NCBI RefSeq assembly: GCF_963921235.1
Contig: NC_086106.1
Location: 70,184,001-70,248,000 of the forward strand
DNA length: 64,000 bases
Direction of reading: 5' to 3'
DNA from: Mobula hypostoma
Taxonomy: Eukaryota
In this document: piece by piece, positions 49,255-61,134 of the stretch
How the letters are laid out: each line of letters starts with the position of its first letter
Numbering within the stretch: the stretch's first letter is position 1
Position numbers and translations under genes: made by a program
The notes under the pieces: generated by a model
Told to the model about the DNA's origin: nothing
Database searches by the model: none
The model's input: the letters and a program-made list of their open reading frames with translations, nothing else

Positions 49255-50662
49255 ATAACGGAGGCTCCACGAAAGAAGGTGAAAACGTACAAATTCCATC
49301 CTGAATGGGAAGAGGAATTTCTATTTACCTTGGTGAAAGACAAGTGTGTATGTATGTTGTGCCACCAAACACAAGCACTGATGAAAAGGCGGTATCTGGA
49401 GTGGCACCACAACACCAACCACCAGAAATTGAAAGACACCTACCCCCCAAAGAGCACAATTCGTGGCTGGAAAGTTGAGGAGCTGAAATCAAGGTTGAAG
49501 GCCCAGTAATCATTTTTCACAAAACATGCTGCTCAAAATAAGGCTGCTATTGAAGCATCATTTCGTGTAAGTCGCCTTTTGGCAAAACACAAGAAACCTT
49601 TTACAGATAGCGATTTATTCAAGGAAGCAATGGCCATTACCGCAGAGACTATTTTTAATGTCTTTAAAAACAAAACCAGCATCACATTCGCAATACATAA
49701 TGTACTGCTTGGCCCTGCAACAGTGACAAGGAGGGAAGAGTCATTGTCAGGGGACGTGGATCGACAAGTGTTAAAGGACTTGTCACTCTGTAAGTATTTT
49801 TCACTACAGTTTGATGAATTCCTGGATGTAATGCAAACAGCTCAGCATGTTGTATTTGTCAGAATGGCTTTCCAGAATTTTACAACAAAGGACTTCCTCA
49901 CTCTTTTGCAATTAAAGGAGAGAATGAGAGGTGAGGATATCTACAATGAGTTTAAAATATATGTCCGTGAAAGTGACATCCCGGGGGGCCCCAGCAATGC
50001 GCGGTGTGCGCGTTGGTTTTATTGCACTAAAAGTCAGTGCCTACTTCGGGTCAACTTATCTATGTGAAATTGCATTTTCACAGACGAAAATTATTAAATC
50101 TAAGTACAGGAGCTGACTTACTGACAGACACCTCATTAGAGTTGCTAACTTCCTCACTCCCAAATAAGGGACAAAAGCAGCAGTCAAATCCCGGAACATT
50201 TGTGTTTACCCCGAGAAAGACTACCATGACCATGAAGCCTTGCGCGGGCACCTGTGTGCGCATGCACGTACGTGCCAACATTTTTACCCCACAAATCGGT
50301 TTTGGCTTAATCTTCATTATTTCTACTTTATATAGGCTGTGTATTTATCATATCATTCCTGCTTTTACTACATGTTAGTGTTATTTCAGGTTTTATGTGC
50401 TATTTGGTTTGATTTGGTAGGTTATTTTTTTGGGTCTGGGAAGGCTCAAAAATTTTTTCCATATAAATAAATGGTAATTGCTTCTTCAGCATAAAGTATA
50501 TCCACACGAAAGCTTTCATGGGAACGTCCTATCTTAACGGTGGAAATATGGGACAGTTGGCAACCCTACACCTCATAGACTGTCTCAGACTGGCTGTATG
50601 TAGTTATGAGCCAAATTTCAGGGAACTAGCAGAAAGTATTCAGCCCCAGTCATCACACTGAG
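49255..50662 (+). pseudogene. hAT transposase remnant (BED-like zinc finger, first catalytic region, dimerisation domain)
   Basis: FHPEWEEEFLF...CVCMLC, AKHKKPFTD, FSLQFDE..DV..TAQ, GAPAMRG, FGSTYLCEIAFS..KIIKSKYRS. Large central deletion. Confidence 0.9.
50137..50568. mobile_element. hAT (Blackjack-like) MITE
   Basis: TIRs TAGAGTTGCTAACT / AGTTGGCAACCCTA. Perfect 8-bp TSD CACCTCAT (50129-50136 / 50569-50576). Confidence 0.9.
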
Positions 50663-50961
50663 TGCAACAGTCAATTCTTATTCATTTATTTTTCGTGTTG
50701 AAATAAAATTAAATAATGAAACTTAGAAGTAAAGGTGTGAAGTATTGTAATATACTTAAAGAAAGACAGCGATGGCCTGTTAGATATGATAGTTAGTGTT
50801 TTCTTGTTTGAATTAATTTGAAAGTTTGACTAAAGTATTTTGTGTAATTCAAATACAATTAGCCTAAATAAAAGGCCTCAAATTGGAAGTACAACCTGAG
50901 CTGTTTTTTCTCTAAACGATTTAGTAGGTAGATCTTGCCTTTCACTAAAGTCGAGGTAGGG

Positions 50962-51824
50962 TACAGAGAGGAAATTAAGAACCTGGTGGCATGGTGCAAA
51001 GACAATAACCTATCCCTCAACATCAGCAAGACGAAGGAATTGGTTGTTGACTTCAGAAGGAGTAGCGGACCACACCACCCAATTTATATCGGTGGTGCGC
51101 AAGTGGAACAGGTCAAAAGCTTTAAGTTCCTCGGGGTCACAAATGACCTGACTTGGTCCAACCAAGCAGAGTTCACTGCCAAGAAGGCTCACCAGTGCCT
51201 TTACTTCCTGAGAAAACTAAAGAAATTTGGCCTGTTCCCTAAAACCCTCACTAATTTTTATAGATGCACCATAGAAAGCATTCATCTAGGGTGCATCACA
51301 ACCTGGTATGGAAGCTGTCCTGTCCAAGACCGAAAGAAGCTGCAGAAGATCGTGAACACAGCACAGCACATCACACAAACCAATCTTCCATCCTTAGACT
51401 CACTTTACACCGCACGCTGTCGGAGCAGTGCTGACAGGATAATGAAGGACACGACCCACCCAGCCAACACACTTTTCGTCCCTCTTCCCTCGGGGAGAAG
51501 GCTCAGGAGCTTGAAAACTCGTATGGCCAGATTTGGGATCAGCTTCTTTCCAACTGTGATAAGACTGCTGAATGGATCCTGACCCGGATCTGGGCCGTAC
51601 CCTCCAAATATCCGGACCTGCCTCTCGGTTTTTTTGCACTACCTTACTTTCTATTTTTGTATTTTCTATTTATGATTTATAATTTAAATTTTTTAATATT
51701 TACTAATGTTAACTATTTTTAATATTTAATATTTGTAATCCAGGGAGTGGGAAGCGCAGAACCAAATATCGCTGTGATGATTGTACATTCTAGTACCAAT
51801 TGTTTGGTGACAATGAAGTATAAA
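50962..51824 (+). mobile_element. Young Rex1/Babar LINE 3' part (ORF open to 51582)
   Basis: WCKDNNLSLNISKTKELVVDFRR, LYFLRKLKKF, LPSGRRLRS, SFFPTVIRLLN. TSD GTAGGG (50956-50961 / 51825-51830). Confidence 0.93.
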
Positions 51825-51974
51825 GTAGGGGATCTTGGGCTTAAAAAGGTTGGTGACCACTACTATACACCCTATATACCCGAGCCCCATACTCGCATAC
51901 CACACACATGTAGGGCCAGTGTTAAACAGTGACATGGATTGAAGGTGCATTACTGCTCAACTTTCTCTGAAAGG

Positions 51975-52965
51975 TTAACATTTCCTTTGGTATGAAAAAA
52001 ATACAGACAGGTGTGCTGCTTGTGGCGAGAAGGGAACACTTCAACATATTTTGAGTACATGCAGAGTCAACCTTTCCAGCGGCATGTACACTTGGAGACA
52101 TAACAACGTTATCAAAGTTGTAACAGAAGCAGTTGAGTAGAGAGTACTGCAGCACAACTTATCTTATGCCCCACGCTGCACAGGACATCGCATATCATTT
52201 GTGAAAGAAGGCTCCAAGTCAAGGGTGTACAGCGCAGGCCCAAGATCAAGCATACTTTCTTCAGCCAATGACTGGTGTGTCAGGGCCAACCTGGATGGGA
52301 AAGGCAGCTTCCCGGAGCAAATAGCTTTCACCAAATTACGTCTAGATATAATCGTATGGTCTGACACCAGTAGAGAAGTGGTTATTGGTGAACTCACAGT
52401 CCCCTGGGAAGACAACATCGATGAAGCCCATGAGCGCAAGTTAACCAAGTACGCAGAATTAAGATCAGAGTGCAGAGACAGAGGGTGGAAGGTCTCATGC
52501 TATCCATTCGAAGTAGGCTGCCATGGGTTTATTGCGTTCACTTTCCAGAAGTGGCTGCGTGACCTTGCCTTCACTAGAAGAGAGATCAATTCAACCAGCA
52601 GGGCTGTAGCTGAGGCAGCAGAGACAGGATCAGCATGGGTGTGGACCAATTATGTCCAGAGGGGCAGATAGTCGGACAGTGTATCTATCTTTTACAAACC
52701 CTTCAGTAGTTGCATAGACACCTGAAGAGTAGACTATCTGTTGGATGGAAGTGACCAACAACTCTGATAGAGGCAAATGCCAAGTTTTTAAGCTCACCAG
52801 TGGGAGGTGGTGCTTTAGCACTGCTGGCCCACCACCTCGAGGGAGTCTTGATCATAAGCGGGCCAAAACTCCTGAAGACAGGTGGCAGATCAACTGATGA
52901 TCCCACTGGTGATAGCACAGGACAGTTAACATCTTAGTCCGCGTGTATTTTCAATTCTAATTCTG
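51975..52965 (+). mobile_element. HERO-type non-LTR retrotransposon 3' part (CCHC knuckle, restriction-like endonuclease, structured 3' UTR)
   Basis: CAACGEKGTLQHILSTC, YTWRHN, LRLDIIVWS...IGELTVPWE...EAHERKLTKY..L...C...GW....PFEVGCHGF, AEAAE..S.WVW. Stop at 52671. Short tail ttcaattctaattctga. Confidence 0.88.
52832..52912 (+). ncRNA. Permuted hammerhead-like RNA structure in the HERO 3' UTR (putative)
   Basis: GGGAGUC^UUGAUC ... C(A)AAACUCCU ... GAUCAA-CUGAUGA. Stems I and III are 6 bp each. G12 appears lost by CpG decay. Confidence 0.5.
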
Positions 52966-53419
52966 ACTAAAGCAGGATTGAGAGGCCGAAAGCAACAATT
53001 AATATCCACCTTGTCATCACTTCATTAGGGGAGTCTTTCACACATTTGTTGCATATATCCCAGAGCACTAATCAATCTCTTCTGGTTGACTAATTAAACA
53101 TTTATTTTTGGTTTCAAGAAACTCTTATGCATTTTTAACATTTTTGTAAGTGAATACAGTAATAAGTTTCTCTATCAGTGGCTACTTCTGTGCTTTCCCT
53201 CCAAAATCTATGGTTGAACCAAAGTCCTTATTCATTCCTGAGACCTTCCAACTCCTAACCTCCATGGTCAACTTGATGATTAATTCCAGTGATCCAGGAG
53301 AACAATTCCCCCGGTCATCAGCTCAGCCAATACGTTTAACCTTTTCTAAATCCCCATCTGTCAAAAATCTTCTTTCAAAACACTTTCCCAACTTATATAT
53401 ATATATATATATAAAGAAT

Positions 53420-53940
53420 TCTACAAAAGGTAATGGATTCAGCCCAGTATGTCATGGGTAAAACCCTCCCAACAACTGAGCACATCTATATGAAACACTG
53501 TTGTGGAAAAGCAGCATCCTTCATCAAAGTTTCTCACCACCCAGACCATGCTCTTTTCTCGCTCCTGCCATCAGGTGCCTCAGGTACAAATGCCTCAGAA
53601 CTGGCACCATCATGTTCAAGTATAATTACTACCCCTCAATCACCAGGCTCTTGAACAAAAGAGAATAACTATGCTCATCTGTTGAGATGTTCCCACAGCA
53701 AATGATCTCATCTTATCTTTATCTTGTTTTTTCATGCTTTCATTATTTATTGCTATTTGTTTATATTTGCTGTTACACAGTTATTTGTCTTCTCTGCTCT
53801 ACTCGATCTTTCATTGATCCTGATTACATTTACTATTCTATAGACTTGCTGAGTATGCCTCCAGGAAAAGGATTCTCAGGGCTGTATGCAGGGACATATA
53901 TGTACAATAATAATAATATTCACTTTGAACTTTGAACTTT
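53420..53940 (+). mobile_element. Rex1/Babar 3' fragment
   Basis: MDSAQYVMGKTLPTTEHIY...HPDHALFSLLPSG. Tail ctttgaactttgaac. Confidence 0.85.
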
Positions 53941-54509
53941 TTTTTGGTTATGGAGAATTAAACTCTACATCAATTAAGAATGTAATCACCTCTTTGACTT
54001 GGGAAGGGCTTGGGTTCTGAAAATCAAAAGGAAGTGGCAGGAAACATTTGTTTTATTTCACCTTTATTTTTTCAAGGTATATTTACTGTTAGCTTTTTGG
54101 TGATATTCCAGCCCTTGAAATTTCACTACCACTACCCCATCCTCCACCGTTAATATTACTCCTCCACAACCACCAAACTGGACCCATACTTCTCTTCCTA
54201 TTCCTCCATGCCTGGGCTGAGTAGGTTTTAGGTCAACTATGAAAATATGGTGGGAATTATTGTCAGCCAGTCATCCTTAGGTAAACCATGTGTAGCACAA
54301 AGTGATGTTTGCAGAGGAGATAGGATATGGTAAAGAATGGAGAGATCTCTATTAACATGTCAACTCCTTTCCCTCCATCAATGTACTTCTATTTTTATTT
54401 TCCACATTTGCAGCTGCTCAATTACTTATTATGCTATCAAACAGTTTCAAACAGTCTTAGTTTCTTTCGGTTCAATATTCCAACTTTTCTAACAATGTTT
54501 TTACTTATT

Positions 54510-54745
54510 GCGATACAGCATGGAATAGGCACTTTTGGCCTTTCAAGTTATGCTGACTAGCGATCCCCCAAATTAATCTGCGTTTACTCACAGGATATTT
54601 TATGCTGACCAATTAACCTAACAACCGTACCTTTTTGGGATGAGTAAGGAAACCGAAGCACTGAGAGGAAACCCAGGTGGTCACGGGGAGAGCATAAAAA
54701 AAACACTTTACCGGTAGCAGCAGGAACTGAACCTGGAGCACCAGG
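54510..54745 (-). mobile_element. V-SINE
   Basis: Reverse: gggttcagttcctgctg...ctctccccgtgaccacctgggtttcctctcagtgcttcggtttcct. Confidence 0.7.
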
Positions 54746-54749
54746 GTAG

Positions 54750-55030
54750 AACCCCCTGAGGAAGGTGATAAGTAGATAAGGAGATAAGGTAACAGGGAAA
54801 TAGGAACAGAGAATCAACGTTCATGCCATCAGGTTGGAGGTTACCCAGACAGAATATAGGGTGTTGCTCTTTCAACCTGAGTGTAGCCCCATCTTGACAT
54901 TAGAAGGGGCCACAGACTGACATGTCGGAATGGGAATAGGAAGTGGACTTAAAATGGGGGGGTTCAATGGGAGATCCCGCTTTTCTTGGCTGACAGATCG
55001 TAGGTGATCAACGAAGGTGTCTCCCAATCA
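54750..55030 (-). mobile_element. Penelope GIY-YIG C-terminal fragment
   Basis: Reverse: ttgaaagagcaacaccctatattctgtctgggtaacctccaacctgatggcatgaac. Confidence 0.8.
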
Positions 55031-55528
55031 GACGGTTGAGGAAGTTTAGTATGGGCCCCCAAATCCTAAGAACTTCCTACAGGGGCACAACTGAGAGCAT
55101 CCTGACTGGCTGTATCACTACCTGATATGGGAACTGTACCTCCTTTAATCGCAGGACTTTGCAGAGAGTGGTGCGGACAGCCCAGCACATCTGTAGTTGT
55201 GAACTTCCCATGATTCAGGACATTTACAAGGACAGGTGTGTAAAAAGGGCCCGTAGAATCATTGGGGACCCAACCTATCCCACCACAATCTATTCCAGTT
55301 GCTACCATCCAGGAAACAGTACCGCAGCATAAAAGCCAGGACCAACAGGCTTCAGGACAGTTTCTTCCACCAGACCATCGGACTGATTTGAGTGCACGCT
55401 ATATTACATTGACTCTTCTATTCATTATAAATTACTATGATTGCACATGGCACATTTAGATGGAGAAGTAACATAAAGATTTTTACTCCTCATGTATGTG
55501 AAGGATGTAAGAAATACAGTCAATTCAG
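55031..55528 (+). mobile_element. Rex1/Babar 3' fragment
   Basis: LRKFSMGPQILRTSYRGTTESILTGCITT.YG, LLPSRKQYRSIKARTNRLQDSFF. Confidence 0.85.
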
Positions 55529-56269
55529 TTCCTATACCTCCTTCCTGAAGGCAGCAGCGAGAAGAGAACATGGTCTGAATTGAATTGACTACCTTGGTAC
55601 TGGGGTCTTATTGACATAAATTTTAAGTGCAGATATTTTTGTACTGAAGAATTAAATGTGGGGAGCCAGGAGTTAAATTCTCTTTCTGAGTATACTTCCT
55701 GCCGTAGCTGCTGCATTGAGCAATTGGATAACAGTACCATAATCTCAAAGCAAAGGCTTCTATTATGTAGAAACTCAGAAGGAAATTAGAAATGGTAAAC
55801 TTTATAGGGGGAGTGAGAGAAAGAGAGAACAAACAAAAACAAAACAGACCACCGCAATGGCAAAGAAGTATTGCCTATATCATAAAGCATGGTGATTTAT
55901 TTTGTTTCTCCCCTATGTAAACCAGACTTGGTCTGTGAACCGAACTGAATTAATAAGCTCAGAAATAATTAGCTGCACAAGCTAGAAGATCACAGCAGTC
56001 TTCATGTCAGTGTATTGATACATAACCAAACTAGGTTTTTGCTATCTTGCTGGACTGGGGAGGCTGCCCTGAAGCGTTATGTGCACCACCACATGCCCAT
56101 ATTTATCTGGGCCAAATGCATAAGCCAGATCTCCTTATGTCCTGTGATAGTGTCTGGAGGAGTAAGGGACCCTCTCTGGAAAACAGACTGTAATAGATTG
56201 TGGGCTGAGCCCTATCTTCTGTCTTTGATTTTAAATGTTTTATTTCTCGAACATTCAGTATGTAAAAAT

Positions 56270-56790
56270 ATATGAATATTCGAATTGGAAAGAAGAGTCT
56301 ATCGATCTGCTTATTGAAAGTGTTCCAACATTCATTATGATCATCGCTGATCTGACAGTAACATCAGCTACACATGCCTGACTACCCTTGTTAACCTTTT
56401 ATCTATTAGCAATGATTCAAAGACTCTCTTTTTACTATCCATGAGAAAGATAGTTGCAAGTATCTTTGCTGAGCTTAAAATGGGCCTCCCTTTAGTTTTG
56501 AACAGTACCCCTAGTTTAAGATTTTCTCACAAGGAAGTATTCTCCTCACTGATAGCTTGCCAAAACCCTCGAGATCTTTTAAGTTTCAATTAAGTCACTT
56601 TTTTTTTGAAATTACAAACAAGACTTATCCAATCCATTCTCATAAAACAAATTTCCCATTTCACTTAGTAGTCAAGTTGTCTCTGAACTGCTTGCAACAC
56701 CTTTATATCCTTCTTTAAAATAAGAATGGCAACTCATTACACTAGATGTGAACTCAAATAATATACTCTTTATATGAAATATAACATTCT
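56270..56790 (-). mobile_element. Very old CR1 3' remnant
   Basis: Reverse: aaactaggggtactgttcaaaactaaagggaggcccattttaagctcag resembles the TRGH..K..GRPF region. Confidence 0.45.
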
Positions 56791-56989
56791 TAATCTTTGT
56801 ATTCAAATGTTTAAAAAATAATGATTTGAAGTATATGGTTAATAATTATTAAGGGTTTAAAAATAAAAAAGACAATTAGCAAATTTCACCCTCTGACCTT
56901 ATGCAAAGCAATGTGGAAGCATGTAAAGTGTTCTTGTTCTGCCTTTCTGGCTCATCTTAATTTTCTGAGAGATTGGTAATGAATGGCAT

Positions 56990-57494
56990 CCTCATGTTGG
57001 CTTTTAAGGCGTCTTTGAATCTCTTCTGTTGTCCACCTCTTTTACGTTTGCCTTCTTTAAGCCGGGAGTAGAAGATTTGTTTTGGCAGACATTCGCCTTT
57101 CATCCGAACAACATGACTGCTCCATCTTAGTTGGTTCTTCATGACGTAGGCATCAATGCTTGTTGTTTTTGCTTCATTTAGCACACTGACGTTGGTTCTT
57201 CTATCTTTCCAGTTGATATTTAAGATGTTTCGAAGACAGAGTTGATGGAACTTTTCAAGTGCCTTCAGATGTCATCGGTATGTTGTCCAGGTTTCTGATG
57301 CATACAGGAGCGCTGGGATTACCACTGCTTTGTACACTAACATTTTGGTGTCCATTCGAATTTCACGATCATGAAAGACACTTGTTTGGAGACGTCCAAA
57401 AGCTGGACAACTTTCTGTATCTTGGAAGTCACCTCTCCTCCAATGTTGACCTTAATGATGAGATCCAACATCGCCTTAAATGCGCTGGAACAGC
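56990..57494 (-). mobile_element. RTE LINE fragment with 5' inversion
   Basis: Minus 57405-56990: AFGRLQTSVFHD...YKAVVIPALLYASETW...QLRWSSHVVRM...LPKQIFY...KRFKDALK. Plus 57406-57494: DNFLYLGS...DEIQHRLKCAGTA. Confidence 0.9.
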
Positions 57495-58847
57495 AGAATG
57501 TGTATCATGAAAGTTAATGATGACAACAGCCCACCTTTATTCGGAGGTTACCTGTCCTACCTCACAACATATTGTGTGGAGTTCCAAGGGTGTCAAATGG
57601 AATCAGTTTAGAAGTAGCAATTCAGAATGATTTATTCATGCAGAACTCTAGGACACCAGCAGCAGCAGATGGTGACTTCATGGCCAACACACACATCACT
57701 CAACTACTTCAGTCAATGAGATCAAAACCAGGTCACTGATGTTTATAAACAGGCAGAGATAAATGAATTTCAAATTATCTGAAGAAAAGTGCTGGTATGA
57801 CTAATCACCTAAAAGTGGTAAATGTATTGTCAGGTGTGGAAGGCCGTAATGTGGCAAGTCAAGGATAAAGATCTACTTCCTGTGCTTGTGTTTAACTTCA
57901 TTAGAGGTCAAAGACATGGTAATCTGAGTGAGAGTGGAATGAAGAATTAAAGAGACCTCTCTGACTGAATGGGAAGTGATGAACAGACAATTATCATGAA
58001 TACGAAATACAGTACAGTGAACCACAGCAGAAGTATAAATCAACCACTGCATTACCTGAGCCAGGAGGATGGAGAAAGTCAGAAGGACAGGTGCTGTATT
58101 CCGTTGGTTGTGTGGGAAGGTACTGTGCAAAAGAAAGCGGGCATTGTCAGTGATGAGTGTCTCAGGGTAAAATTTAATTATTAATGGATTTGTCATAATT
58201 TGTCAAGGGACTACATTCTGGAATTCCCTCCTAAGATCCAAATGCCATTTTATAACTAAGAGGATCCACAAAAAACTAATTATGTCCAATCCTTTTGTTT
58301 TCCATGTAATGCCAAGAGCAGCACCAATTTGAGGTTCCATCTTAGTGAAGCTTTGATGTAGAGTAACTATACAGTATATGCTAACCACCAGTCACAGCAG
58401 CAACAGAGAACCAACTAATCCTATAACAGATCAGATCAAAACACTGTCATATTTGATACAATTGTAAGTGATGTCGGGAATTTAATAGTGAATGGACAGA
58501 GGCTGCACCGAGTACATTTCCATCCTCAAAGATGACAGGGCCCAGCAAGTGACTGCCAAAGGCAATTGCTGAAGTATTTATAACCACTTTCAGCTGTGTG
58601 CTGAATAAATCATTGGTCATGACTTACTCTTGTGTTTCTCACCATCACAAAAGTTAGTTTAAAGTTAATTCTTTTCACTTCATGTCGAACTGAGAAATGA
58701 TCCTGACTGTATTTGAATACTTGCCCACTTTCTACAAATTAAAAGTAAAGCCAGTGACTTTTGGATGGACTTTGATTATTTCCATCTTGTGGGATACATG
58801 GAGGAGTCTCACTGCCAGTCACATCTTCCTTTCTCCCCAACACTTAG

Positions 58848-59650
58848 GAACCATAGAAACCATAGAAAAACTACAGCACAGAAACAGGCTTTTTGGCCCT
58901 TCTTGGCTGTGCCGAACCATTTTCTGCCTAGTCCCACTGACCTGCACACGGACCATATCCCTCCATATACCTCCCATCCATGTATCTATCCAATTTATTC
59001 TTAAATATTAAAAAAGAACCCCTATTTACCACCTCGTCTGGCAGCGCATTCCATACTCCCACCACTCTCTGTGTGAAGAAGCCCCCCCAATGTTCCCTTT
59101 AAACTTTTCCCCCCTCACCCTTAACCCATGTCCTCTGGTTTCTTTCTCCCCTTGCCTCAGTGGAAAAACCCTGCTTGCATTCACTCTATCTATACCCATC
59201 ATAATTTTATTTACCTCTATCAAATCTCCCCTCATTCTTCTGCGCTCCAGGGAATAAAGTCCTAACCTATTCAACCTTTCTCTGTAACTGAGTTTCTCAA
59301 GTCCCAGCAACATCCTTGTAAACCTTCTCTGCACTCTTTCAACCTTATTTATATCCTTCCTGTAATTTGGTGACCAAAACTGAACACAATACTCCAGATT
59401 TGGCCTCACCAATGCCTTATATAACCTCATCATAACATTCCAACTCTTATACTCAATACTTTGATTAATAAAGACCAATGTACCAAAAGCTCTCTTTACG
59501 ACCCTATCTACCTGTGACGCCACTTTTAGGGAATTTTGTATCTGTATTCCCAGATCCCTCTGTTCTACTGCACTCCTCAGTGCCTTACCATTAACCCTGT
59601 ATGTTCTACCTTGGTTTGCCCTTCTAACGTGCAATACCTCACACTTGTCT
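58848..59650 (-). mobile_element. CR1 LINE 3' part (second subfamily), ORF open
   Basis: DKCEVLH...LYKALVRPNLEYCVQFWSP...ETRGHGL. Tail (TTTCTATGG)n. Confidence 0.93.
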
Positions 59651-59654
59651 GTAC

Positions 59655-60515
59655 TTCTCTCCACTGTCTCCATAACACCTTATTTCATTTTGCCCTCACC
59701 TTTTCCTGCACTTTCTCCTGCAACCATAAGAATTGTAACACATATACATACACCTCCTACCTCAGCAAGATTCAGGGACCTACATAACTCTACCCATATG
59801 CATCTCCTCCAACCTGGTCTATGCCACTTGGTGCTTTCAATGTGGCAATACCAAGCATCAACGAAGCAATGGTTTCACAAAGTACACACAATCTATCCAC
59901 AATTGTCATTCTGTGTTTCTGGTTGAATGTCATTTCACTTTCCCTTCCCATTCCTGCACTTTTTTCAGCTTCCTTCACTGCTCTGGTGAAGCCAGATCCT
60001 GTACAAACCAGAAGAACAACTTCTCATATTCAGCTTGTGTAGCGTACAACTCAAGGGAGCAAACACTGAATTTTCCAGGTTCAGGTAAACCACACACTCC
60101 TGTGTTCCTTTCCTCCTTTCATCAGTGCACCATGTCTTGTATTCCCTTATTTACCTTTCCCATAGCTTTCCCCCTTGTTATCTAGATTCATCACCCTCCC
60201 CATATGCTTCCAACTGCCCATCATCCCTTCCTTCCCTGGTTCCACCTACCATCTACCAGCTTCTGTCTCTGCCCTTCGCCACTCCTCCACATCAGGCTTT
60301 GTCCTTTTTTGTTATTGTGTTCACATGTCACCTACCAGCCACAGTTTCACCCCTCCCTCTGACACCTATATACTGTCTATATTTCCTCTATACTCTCAGT
60401 TGTGATGCAGGATTGTGACCTGAAATGTCATGCATCCTGTTGCTTCCAAATGTGATCATCTGAACTCATCCAGTAGATTGTTTTATGCTCCAGTCTCCAA
60501 CATCTGGAGTCGTCT
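59655..60515 (+). mobile_element. Old Penelope-like 3' part
   Basis: cacctcctacctcagcaagattcagggacc and aaaccagaagaacaacttctcatattc remnants, with a degenerate PLE tail. Confidence 0.65.
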
Positions 60516-61134
60516 GTGACCCTGACAATAATCTGCTTAATAACTGGCTTCACCTCTGGCTAAGCTATTCTATTACAGCTCCAGCTCATCATTGCAGAAC
60601 AGTTTCTCAGATCACCTACCCACCAAAGTCATGACAAAGTGATTGACTGTATGACCAAGAAGTTATATACCAATTACCTACCTGCTGAATCTTGGTTTGA
60701 GTTACATCAGGAACCCTCAGAAGTTGTTCCTATCCACAAAATGCACCATAACAACTTGCCAAGACACCTCCCAAGCCTTTGTAACAGACAGGACATGAAA
60801 CAGATCCTGGGGACAAAGGAAAGAGAATAGGCCTCCCGCACGTACTATCCTTACACCCCGGGATGCTTGAAACCGGGTGTCATGGCTGCAGCATTGTTCA
60901 AATTTGGATTGTCTTCACCACAGTGATTGCACAGCTCATGTACACAGTTCAAATGTCTTCTTTCAAGGGACTGACTTTAAACTGCTCCCCTTAGTCTACA
61001 GGGCAACATCCCATGAAAAAAAAATGAAAACGTAAGTGTCAGAAATAAGAGGAAACTCAATAAAATTAGTTTTGGCAAATTCAAGATTCTTTAGAACACT
61101 TTCTACTGACAAAAATAAGATTGAAATGCTTAAC

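Larger units (their letters stand above)
48718..51862 (+). mobile_element. hAT (Charlie/GTF2IRD2-like) DNA transposon, internally deleted, with nested insertions
   Basis: TIRs TAGGGATCGCCAACC / GGTTGGTGACCACTA (12/15). Perfect 8-bp TSD CTATACAC (48710-48717 / 51863-51870). Confidence 0.93.
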
